In this document: positions 42,133-54,030 of the stretch, in pieces
How the letters are laid out: each line of letters begins with the position of its first letter
Position numbering within the stretch: position 1 is the first letter of the stretch
Assembly (NCBI RefSeq): GCF_009914755.1
Contig: NC_060940.1
Direction: 5' to 3' (one strand)
DNA: 64,000 nucleotides
From: the human T2T-CHM13v2.0 reference genome, Homo sapiens
Position numbers and translations under genes: made by a program
The notes under the pieces: model-generated
Seen by the model: the letters and a program-made list of their open reading frames with translations, nothing else
Told to the model about the DNA's origin: nothing
Databases searched by the model: none

Positions 42133-42677
42133 TGTCAGAGGCATGTGAACCAGAACAACTTCTTGAATGAGGCTGAATAAAATGAGGCTGAGACCTACTG
42201 GGCTGCATTCCCAGACGTTTAAAGCATTTTAAGTCACAGGATGAGATAGGAGGTGGGCACAAGATACAGGTCATAAAGGCCTTGCTGATAAAACAGGTTG
42301 CAGTAAAGAACCCGGCCTGAACCCACCAAAAACAAGATGGCCGCAAGAGTGACCTCTGGTGGTCCTCACTGCTACACTCCCGCCAGCGCCATGACACTTT
42401 ATAGATGCCATGGCAACATTAGGAAGTTACCTTATATGGTCTAAAAGGGGGAGGCATGAATAATCCACCCCTTGTTTAGCATATCATCAAGAAATAACCA
42501 TAAAAATGGGCAACCAGCAGCTCTCAGGGCTGCTCTGTCTATGGAGTTGCCATTCTCTTATTCCTTTACTTTCCTAATAAGCTTGCTTTCGCTTTATGGA
42601 CACACCCTGAGTTCTTTCTTGTGCAATATCCAAGAATCCTCACTTGGCATCTGGATTGGGACCCCTTTCCTGTAGCA
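42133..42677 (+). mobile_element. MER41A-like (ERV1) solo LTR
   Basis: tgtcagaggcatgtgaaccag...gctgagacctactgggctgcattcccag...ggacccctttcctgtagca; flanks aatc/aatt. Confidence 0.88.
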
Positions 42678-42696
42678 AATTCCCTCTTCTGTCTGG

Positions 42697-43190
42697 GTTG
42701 AGGCACAGGTGGTTGGGTCACAGCTTGGATTTATACATTTTAGGGAGACATGAGACATCAATCATTATGTGATGTCCATAAGTTGGGTCCAGAAAGGCGG
42801 GACAACTTGAGGCAGGGAAGGGGTTTCCAGGTCATAGGTAAATAAGTTGCATTCCTTTGAGTCTCTGATGAACCTTTTACTGAATACACAATTTACCTGT
42901 GAGAGGAGGGTAGAGGAATAGTCACTTACGCCTTAGTCTGGGTTAGTGAAAAAATAGGGCAGAGGAAGCAATCAGATGTGCATTTGTCTCAGGTGAGCAG
43001 AGGGATGAGTTTGAGTTCTGTCTGTCTTTTGTCCAAACGCAATTTCCTTGTGAGCAAATTGTAGCTTTTTTATCGTTGTAGCTATCTTATTTAGCAATAA
43101 AATGGAGGCAGGTATGCTTGACTCAGTTCACTGTTTGACTTCCTTTTGCCTTAGTGATTTTGGGGGCCCAAGATTTCTTTTCCTTTTGCA
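42697..43190 (-). mobile_element. MER4A-like (ERV1) LTR, partial
   Basis: Ends ccttagtgattttgggggcccaagatttcttttccttttgca, the reverse complement of the MER4 5' end. Confidence 0.82.
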
Positions 43191-44621
43191 AAGTGTAGAA
43201 TGAAATCCCGAAATATTTTTTTCTTGGTGACCTTTCTCTCCTCAGGAGTGGAGATCTGGTCTACTGTAAACAAAGGGTATCGAAACAATGGAACAAACGT
43301 TAATTTCAGGAAACAAAAGACCAGAAGTTCAAACGTTGAAGAATGATTTCACTACGTGACCACTGAACAATCACAGATATACATTAATTCCAGAATTTTC
43401 TAGGTTTTTTCATACCAGAGCATCAATACCCCTAAAAACCTTTTGTTGCTGGCCTTGACCACCCTTCGTACTAGGATGTAGTGTTGATGTTTTACTCTGA
43501 TGAAAAGCTTTCCACTAGGGAAGTCTTGCAAACATGATCACTAAGGATGAGAATATTCCCAATTCCTGCTAGCCACTCATTTGCAGATAATCCCTTGAGT
43601 CATTTTCTCAAAAGGAATTTAAATTAACATTTTTGTGTTGATTATTACTTATCTTGCTTTTATCTGATTTCTAACTTAAGGGAGTCCCTGCCTATGTGTC
43701 TAAGTACAAATAATAATGGCACTGCAAGGTTAAAATAAAAACAAAAGCACCGACTTAGGATAAGAGATTTAGATGCTAAACTTGGCATCTCTGCACTTTA
43801 CTCACGGAGTCATTTCTCCTGACTGAGCCCATTTCCTCAATATTGGATTTTAATGAGGGTTAGATGAAGTAAGTTACAGTATGTAAAACATTTAACACAG
43901 TGCCTGGTATGCAGTAAGCACTGAGTGATAACACTTATTATTATTTGCTTTATTATTCAATGGCCTAAGTTTTACCCACCTCATTGATATGTAGCTCCTC
44001 TCTACAGTTTCCAGAAAATGTAATAGGGTGAGAAACTAGTGTATTGTGTGACATTTTTCCATTGTAAGTAGAAAAATGGCCTCTTTCTAAGGAAGGGCCT
44101 TCACCTGCAGAACAGCTTTAAAATATTGTGCCAGGCACTACGAGCAATTCTAACACATGAAGTCTGAGATGTCGAGAAAACCTTGGCAAGGCTATTTCTC
44201 TGAGGGCTCTAGGGGATTCAAACAGGTGCACAGTCTTGACCTTACATAGCAACAGCATGATTTTTCTCAAGCATGAAGCATGACTACATGCTTCGTATAG
44301 GACCTGGAGGCCATGGCCTTAGAAAATTGGAAGCTTGGAAAATAAGCATTCAAAAAGTGAAATGCTTCATCTGATTATTAGGGGAGTCGAGAGAGATGCT
44401 TGCCAGGAATAGGACCTTCAACTTCACTTGCATGTACTGAGGGCATTCACCAAAGTGTCCTTGGCTGGTTGGTCTAATTGTATCACCCTTTGGTAATGAA
44501 GAGGAGGGTAGGAAGTTATTATTCTCTATCACAGAGATTTGCTGATTCTAACAGAGGTTTGATGGGGTATAGATGATGGTGGTAGTTTTCCCTCTGATTA
44601 TTTAAAAAAAAAAAGTGCATT

Positions 44622-44893
44622 CAAGAAAACCAAATGCTGCATGTTCTCACTTATAAATGGGAGTTAAATGATCAGAACACACAGATACATAGAGGGGGAA
44701 CAACACACCCTGGGGTCTTTTGGAGGATGAGAGGTGGGAGGAGGGAGAGGATCAGGAAAAATAACTAATGGGTACTAGGCTTAATACCTGGGAGCTGAAA
44801 TAAATCTGTACAACAAATCCTTGTGACACAAGTTTACCTATATAACAAACCTACACATGTGTCCCTGGACTTAAAATATGAGTTAAAAAAAAA
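44622..44893 (+). mobile_element. Older L1PA 3' end
   Basis: gaaaaccaaatgctgcatgttctcacttataaatggg...gggtactaggcttaatacctggg...aacaaacctacacatg followed by an A-tail. Confidence 0.88.
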
Positions 44894-45049
44894 GTATGTT
44901 CAAATAGTAAGAAGGAAAACATAAAGAAGAAATGATCTTCTATAACCCCATTTCACTAGTCTACCACCAAGAAACAGTCATTGACAGGCATTGACAACAT
45001 TCTGTTGTGTTCTCTCTCTGTCCCTTCCTCCATATATATATAAATATAT

Positions 45050-45345
45050 TTGTTGTTTGTTTGTTTTTTGAGATGTAGTCTCATTCTGCTGCCTAGGCTG
45101 GAGTACAGTGGCATGATTTTACTTACAATCTCAGCTCACTGTAACTTCCACCTCCTGGGTTCAAGGGATGCTCCCACCTCAGCCTCCCAAGTAGCTGGTA
45201 TTACAGGCATGCAACATCACACTTGGCTAATTTTTGTATTTTTAGTAGAGAGGGGGTTTCACCATGTTGACCAGGCTGGTCTTGAACTCCTAGCCTCAGC
45301 CTCCCAAGGTGCTGGGGTTACAGGTGTGAGCCACTACAGCTGGCC
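45050..45345 (-). mobile_element. Alu with small internal insertion and deletion
   Basis: Alu consensus; extra ttttacttacaat and missing gacctcaggtgatcc segment. Confidence 0.9.
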
Positions 45346-45349
45346 CATT

Positions 45350-46057
45350 TAGATATTTTAACAACTTTATCAAGGTATACTTATATACCATTAAATAACA
45401 TTTTTAAGCTGTACAGCTCAATAGTTTTTAGAAAATTTAGTGAATTTTGCAATCATCACCATAATTCTGTTTCAGAGCATTTTCATCACCCCAGTAAGAT
45501 CCTTCTGTCGATTAACAGTGCCCACTTCCATTCCAGCTTCAGGTAACCACATATCATTTTCTATTTCTGGTTGTCTTTTATGAGGAATTTTATATAAATG
45601 GTATAATATGGTAGTGGTCTTTTGTGTCTGGGTTACTTTGCACAGTGTTAACTAGGGTTCGTGTACCATAACTTACTTCCCTTTCATGGCTGAATAATAA
45701 TCGATTATATGGCAGTACCATATTTTTCTTATTAGTTGACCCACTGATGGACATCAAGGTTGTTTCCCATTTTGAGTTATGAATTACGCTGCTGAGGTTA
45801 TTCGTGTGTTAGTCTTTGTGCAGACATGTGTTTTCATTTCTCTAGAATAAAATACACAGGAGTAAATACCTAGGAATTGCTGAATCGTCGGATACATTTA
45901 TGTTTACCTTGTCAGGAAATTATCAAACTGTTTTGCAAAGTGGCTAAATTATTTTACATCCCCACCAGCAATGTACGATGGTTCCTGTTTCTCCACCTTC
46001 TCGCCAATACTTTTTATTGTCTGCCTTGTGGATTATAGCTATTCTAGTGGGTGTGAA
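45350..46057 (-). mobile_element. L1MB-like 3' region
   Basis: aactttatcaaggtatacttatatacc...attttacatccccaccagcaatgtacg...attctagtgggtgtgaa. Confidence 0.82.
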
Positions 46058-46140
46058 ATCTATATGTGTCTTTAAGTGACCTCATTTAATCCAAGGAATC
46101 CATTTAGATGGAAGCCTCGGAAATCCTTAGTCATAAGTAA

Positions 46141-46627
<487 letters not shown>

Positions 46628-47724
46628 TGATGGCTCTCCTTCTTATGCCCACAAAGACCTTGCTAATCATTTCTGCCGGGTGCACACAAGACCTGAGAAA
46701 TGCTTTTCAGCATAGAATTCTGAGCAGCTGTTACCAACAAATTGGTGATGGCATGAAGAATGAAATTGATTTGCCATGCTTGGTGTGTAAAGTTCTGCAT
46801 ATTACTTTTTCATCAATTAAAATTATATTATAAATATGTATTAAACAGTCTTCATGAAATAATTTTAATGGTGTGTAAGATACCATCGTATTAACATATT
46901 GTAATTTATTTAACCATTCACCTCTTGTGTACACATAATTCTCCCTGGATTTATTTCTATTATAAGTAATGCTACAGTGAATATCTTTATATATTTACAC
47001 ATCCTAGAAGTAGAATTATTAGATCAAAGTGTAAAAGATGTTTGAGATTCTCAGTGCATCATTAAGGTGTTTGTGGTGAATAACTTTAGTTTTTGCTCCA
47101 TTTTTCTGATGGATGGAGTTCTAGAATGGTGATAACTTTGACTTTTCCTAAAATGCCAAAAAGCTTAGCGTTTTCTTAAGTTTCTAAGTATCCCTTAACA
47201 TTTATGAGACCTCCTTGGAAGTTCTTATTTGGCTTATCATGTAAATAAACTTGTTTTCGTTTTTCTATTTTAAATGGCAAGGATGTTATTTCTCCTTTCC
47301 CTCATTGTTCTTTGCTAATTTCCTAGCCATAGAAATAGCCTTCAAAAACTGATAAAATAGCTTCAATATCAGGATTTGTTGAGCGCCCTTTTAGGACGAT
47401 GCAGGCAGGGCACTAAGCACACTGGAAGAACCAGCTCCTTCTTCGGGGATAAGGACCTAGCTTGGCCCAGTGTCCTGCCTCCCTAAGATGATTTCAGCCT
47501 GAGAGCAAAAGAGAGAAAATACGGAGAAGCTGCTGCACCCAACTGAGGTGGCTGAGCCATCAGGAGAGGGCCAGATGCCACCCTTCCTGCATGCTGGCCC
47601 ATTTGCACATCAAATGCAGGGGCAGGGTGGTGGGCAATATGTTTCCACTGAAGTCTCTCCCTCCTATTGTTTGGTAATAAATCTTCATCTCTCCATGCTT
47701 TCACTTTTCTTAAAGAGTTCAGAT

Positions 47725-48049
<325 letters not shown>

Positions 48050-48412
48050 TCAGTTGCAAGAATTTTCTTTGTTATTCTCCCACTCTTCAAGTCACCCTGA
48101 TGCACATTTACCTCAGCTCTGATTCAGGGCTTATGTAGTCCAGTAAGGTTATAACAGAAAGCATAGAAAGAAAGTGTCAAGAGGGTAGGTAGCATCCTGC
48201 GCTGGCGACTGCTGTGCCCCCAGCATGTGGTGGGCATTCCAGAAATGTCAAGTGAATCAGACAAAGCATGTGAAGTTTCTTAGTAGCCTTAACACAGCGC
48301 TAGTCACTACAGTTGTCTATAACTATCATTACTACTGAAAAGAATATTGGACATAAAGTCATATTTTGAAGCACATTTTTTCCTTAAAAGAAATATTACA
48401 TATAGTCTCCAT

Positions 48413-49405
48413 TGTATTTGTTTCTTATTGTTATGGTAACAAATTACCACAAACCCAGTGGCTTAAAACAATACACACTTATTCTTGAATAGTTCTGGAA
48501 GTCAGAAGTCCAAAATGCAATACAGAGCTGCGCCCCATCTGGAGGCTCTAGGGCAGTTGTCCTCAACCTTTTTTGCACCAGGGACTGGTTTTGTGGAGAC
48601 AATTTTTCCATGGACAGGGAGTGGTGGGTGGTTTTGGGTTGATTCAAGTGCATTACCTTTATTGTGCACTTTGCTTCTATTATTATTACATTGTAATATA
48701 TAATGAAATAATTATACAACTTGCCATAATGCAGAATCAGTGGGACCTCTGAGTTTGTTTTCCTGCAACTAGATGGTCCTATCTGGGGGTGATGGGAAAC
48801 AGTGATGGATCTTCAGGCATTAGATTCTCATAAAGAGCACACAGCCTACATCCTTTCCACCTGCAGTTCACAATAGGGTTTGCCCCCCCATGAGAAACTA
48901 ATGCTGCAGCTGATCTGACAGAAGGTGGAGCTCAGGCAATAGTAATGTGAGCAATGGGGAGCGGCTGTAAACGCAGATGAAGCTTCACTAACCCCCCCAC
49001 CACTCATCTCCTGCTGTGTGGCTCGGTTTCTAACAGGCCATGGACAAGTACCAGTCCATGGCACGGGATCTGGGGACCCCTGTTCTAGGATAAAATCTAT
49101 TTTCTAGTTTTCAAGGGCCACCTGATTCCTTGGCTGATAGCACCTTCCTCCATCATCCAATTTCTCCTTGTGTTTCTCTCTCTCCTTCTGTAATCACATC
49201 ACCTGTGTATTTGACCGACCTGCCACCCACCTTCCTCTTTTAAAGACCCCTGTGATTACACTGGGCTAAACTGGATAATCCAAGATAACTCTTGTATCTT
49301 AAAACTCAACCTACTCATTTCTGCAGAGTTCCTTTCACCCTATTACACAACATTCACAGATTCATGGGATTAGGACATGGCATATTAGGAGAGCCATTAT
49401 TTTGT
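48413..49405 (-). mobile_element. MLT1 LTR interrupted by MER1A
   Basis: gtaacaaattaccacaaacccagtggcttaaaacaa...gggattaggacatggcatattaggagagccattatt. Confidence 0.78.
48554..49082 (-). mobile_element. MER1A (hAT-Charlie), opposite orientation to the copy at 26352-26877
   Basis: cagttgtcctcaacctttttg...tggggacccctg; 8-bp near-TSD ctctaggg/ttctagga. Confidence 0.9.
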
Positions 49406-50134
49406 TGTGGTTGAAACTGGATTGGGGGCCCAAAGCCCTTCCTTTTTATTCCCATTCCTCTCTTCTCTCCACCTTCCACCCACTCACCCATTCCTAATGA
49501 ATTCCAAGATCATGGAGGTGGAAAGGAAGACCTGTGGGCAAGATCACCTCCAGAGCCACTTTTGGCTGGCACATTCCAGGATATCAACGAGACTACAACG
49601 TCCATGCTAAGTCCTAAGGGGTCATCTTATTTTTGAAAGGGAAAAATAAGAAAGATCCTCATGGTGAACAAAGCTCTGACTCTGCAGTCAGACAAACCCT
49701 GGATTGGATTCCGGCCTTTACGAGCTAGTGTGTCCTTGGGTGCGTCACAAAACACCTCTGACACATGGATTCTTGTCATATGTCAAGTGGGACAGTAACA
49801 GCTATCACCCTTGCTGGAAGACAAAATCAAGTGAGATAGATGTGCAAAGTACCTTGAATTCATGAATACCTAACACTGCGCCTTTCCTCCACTCCATTTT
49901 CCTTATAATTCTCCTCCACCTCTTAATACCAAATTAATTGGGCAATGTGAAAATACTAAAGGCTCATAGAAAAAAAGTAAACCAGTAAGTGTTCTAGAAT
50001 TAGATAAAGGTGATAGTTGCATAACTCTATGATTATACTAAAAGATGCTGACTTATACACTTAAGGTAGTGGATTTTTTTATATGTAAATTATATGTCAA
50101 TAAAAATAAATTTTAAAAAAATTAAGCCAGCAAA

Positions 50135-50136
<2 letters not shown>

Positions 50137-50168
<32 letters not shown>
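50137..50168. repeat. (CA)n microsatellite
   Basis: Direct reading. Confidence 0.95.
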
Positions 50169-50174
<6 letters not shown>

Positions 50175-51549
50175 TATAAAAAAGTCAAGCCTACTGTCCT
50201 GGTCTTCAGTATCCCTTAACTCTGGAGTTATTGAACACACTGCATGAAAACATCGATCTTTGAAGATATGTCACTGATGTCTACTCTTCCAGTAAGAGGA
50301 GCCCATTGTAAGTGGGAGAGGAAAAAAGCCCCTTATTTTGTTTTCTGCAGAAATACTGGGGCAAGCAACATCTCATTTCTGTAGCTCATGGGGTCAAACA
50401 AATCCTCAGCTGCTACTTTCCACAGAAATACCATCCCCTCAAACAACTATACCACTCCACCTGAAGCTCACAGCCCTAGGTGTGACCACCTTAGGCCTCT
50501 TACTAGCAATGGAGCTTAATCTTAATCTTGCTGCAAGTGAATACCAGTCTCTTCACCAGCATTTAGTGAATTTCCATTTTGATTAGCTACGAAATAAATT
50601 TTCCAGGTGTTTTGCTTCATTTCAAGCTATTTATTTTGTTGAACCCAGGTAATCTATTATGAGAGGTTGAGAGGGGTTGGGTTATTTTATTGAGGGTGGG
50701 GAGGAATCTTCTTATTTCTTCCATTTAAAGGGAAAAACACAATATTGCTTCCATTACTTACCAATTGTCGATGGCTCCCTAAATTCAAAATCACTGCCGT
50801 TCTTGACATGGCCTTTGTCTACATTTCTACCTCATTGCCTCATGCCAGGAGGACTTCTGGTGTTCCCCTCCTCACTTCTGTATGTGAGCGCAACCTCACA
50901 TGGGCCTCTAAACCCAAGATGCATCTGTAGTTTCCTGGAAAAGCATAGGATCTGTTTGTAGCAGCAATGCTACCCACACCATGTCCTTTGACCTGATAAA
51001 CTAGTGTCTCTGATGACCTGCTATTCAGCCTTCAAAACATAGTGGGTTCTTGCTCCAATAAACTTTCCCTGGATCTTCCAGGCAGAGTTAAAGTACTTCT
51101 TTTCCTTTATACCCTCCAGTACTCCATTACTTAGACTCTCCATTACTCTAGTAGACCAGTAGACTCTACTGGAGTATCTACCACTTTGCTATTATTATGT
51201 ATTTGTCCATATCTATCACTAGAACGTAAACTTTTGAAAACAGGGGTTGTTTTACTCACACACATTTCCTCAATATCTTCTCTATAGGAAGATCTGGTCT
51301 GTTATAAGTTCTCAATCTCTCTCTCTCTCCAAACACAACAAGGTGGTTGGGGTTTAGTGTAATAACAGTTTGGTCAACAATGAGGCAGCTTCTGCTTATT
51401 GGTTATTTACCACACAGAGAAAGGCATAAGTTGAGATGCTTTTGAGCAGAAAAGAAAAACTGCCTGAAAAGGGTTTAAATACTAGCAATTTACAATCTTT
51501 TATAGCAAGAAATCAAGAGTTAGGCAATTCCACGGTTGGGTCATCAGCT

Positions 51550-51790
51550 GCCTATTCTCTGTTAGATTGTTTATTTTCTAATTGTTGAGTTTTAAAAACT
51601 GTTGACACAGTTTAGATACAAGCTGTCATCTGACATGTGATATGCAAATATTTTCTCCTAGTTCTGTAGCTTGTGTTTTCATTCTTGTAGTTCTGTAGCT
51701 TGTGTTTTCATTCCTTAATGGTGTCTTTCAAAGGGCAAAGCTATCTTAATTTTGATGAAGTCCAATTTATCAATTTGTTCTTCTATGGGG
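51550..51790 (-). mobile_element. L1M fragment with a 29-bp-period tandem duplication
   Basis: gcaaatattttctcc...aattttgatgaagtccaatttatcaattt; tagttctgtagcttgtgttttcattc occurs twice (51659-51713). Confidence 0.8.
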
Positions 51791-52045
51791 TCACATCAGC
51801 ACTGTTCTTTTTAATGCAAAGTGTTTCATGGAATAAAAAAGTTTGCTGGTCTATTAGCTGCAAGTGTTTTTTGTGCATCTGAAGATACCTTTTCATTCTT
51901 GGAGTGTGAAACTCATCCCCATATCATTTTTCTAAGCCATTTACAATGTATTGATTGAGGAGAAGAAATGCCTGGATTCTGATACTTTGTGGAATAATTT
52001 GCACAACTTGAAAGCAAGAGTGATCGATAAAAGAAAGAATCTTGA

Positions 52046-52509
<464 letters not shown>

Positions 52510-52744
52510 ATGGATCCATTTTCTTATTGCACGGTGGGAAAAACAGTATTATTCTGCTCATATGGTTGTTTTATGGGTTAAATTACAAATTGAATGTATG
52601 ATGCTTACATGAGGGCATGGAACATGGTGAGCAAGTGGTAAATGTGAGCTAAACACTTCCCAGTCCACACTGCAGTGAAGTGGCTTTTCTAAACCCGGAT
52701 TTATCCATTGCAGTTCTACTGGAAACTTTCTTCGTAGTTTATAA

Positions 52745-54030
52745 AAAGACACATGAAGACAAAAAAGGGACAAGCCACAGAATGGAAGGAGATATTTGGC
52801 AAAATGCTTATCTGACAAAAGACTTGAATGCACAATCTATAAAGAACTCCTACAAATCTATAAGAAAAAAAGTCCAATGACAAACAAAAGGGAGATCCAG
52901 TTAAAACTGGTCAAACTATTTAAATAGACATGTCGCCACATAGCACATCAAAATGGCCAGTAAACATATGGAAAGATGTTCAACACCATTAGTCGTCAGA
53001 TAAACACAAGATAATACCATGAGGGGCTGGGCATGATAGCTCACACCCGTAATCCTAGCACTTTGGGAGGCTGAGGTGGGCAAAGCGCTTGAGCTCGGGA
53101 GTTTGACAGCAGCCTTGGCAACATGCTGAAACCCTGTCTCTACAAAAAAAATACAAAAAAAAAAATTAGCTGGGCATGGTGACACAAGCCTGTATTCCCA
53201 GCTACTTGGCGGCTGAGGTGGGAGGATTACTTAAACCAGGAGGCTGACGCTGCAATGAGCTGAGGTCATGACACTGCACTCCAGCCTGGGTGAAAAACTG
53301 AGACCCTGTCTCAAAAAAAAAAAAAAATACCATAAGGAGATATTAATACATACCCATCAGAATAGCTAAAATTTAAACGACTGGAAATACTAAATACTGG
53401 CAAGAATATGGAACAACTGGAATCCTCTTACACTGCTGGTGATATAACCACTTGGGAAAATTGTTTGGAAGTATTTACTAAAGCTGAGCATACCCTCTGA
53501 TACAATAGTTCCACTCCTGAATATATACTCAACAGAATTGAATACCAATATCCTCCAAAAGACATGTATAAGGAAGTTAATCGTAGCTTTATTCATAATG
53601 TCTGAACCCATTTTTACCCATAATATTCATCAGCATTAGCATGTTCTGGATAAATTGTGATGCACTTAACAACGGGATGCTACTCAGCAATACAAAGCAT
53701 AAAACTAAACACAACAAGAACATATATTACACAGAAAATATTGAATAAAAGAAGTCAAACTTAAAAATGTGTATGTTGCATTATTTCATATATAAAGTTC
53801 AAAAATAGGCAAATATGATACTTGGTGATAGAAATTAGAAGAGTCACCTTGGTGGGGCAGTAGAGACAATACTGAATAACCCAGAGCAAAAATAAATATA
53901 TAGAATTATTCCATACAGTGATATAGGGGTTATTTCTATGGAGGCATCCATATATATAAATGCACCAAACTGTGCATTTAGGTTTATAATCTTTCCTGTT
54001 TGTAAGCTGCATCTTAATTTTTAAGTGTGC
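52745..54030 (+). mobile_element. L1ME/MD-like 3' region interrupted by an AluJ
   Basis: gacaagccacagaatggaaggagatatttg...aaacatatggaaagatgttcaacacc...gcaagaatatggaacaactggaa. Confidence 0.82.
53025..53327 (+). mobile_element. AluJ
   Basis: AluJ diagnostics; aataccat on both flanks. Confidence 0.92.
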
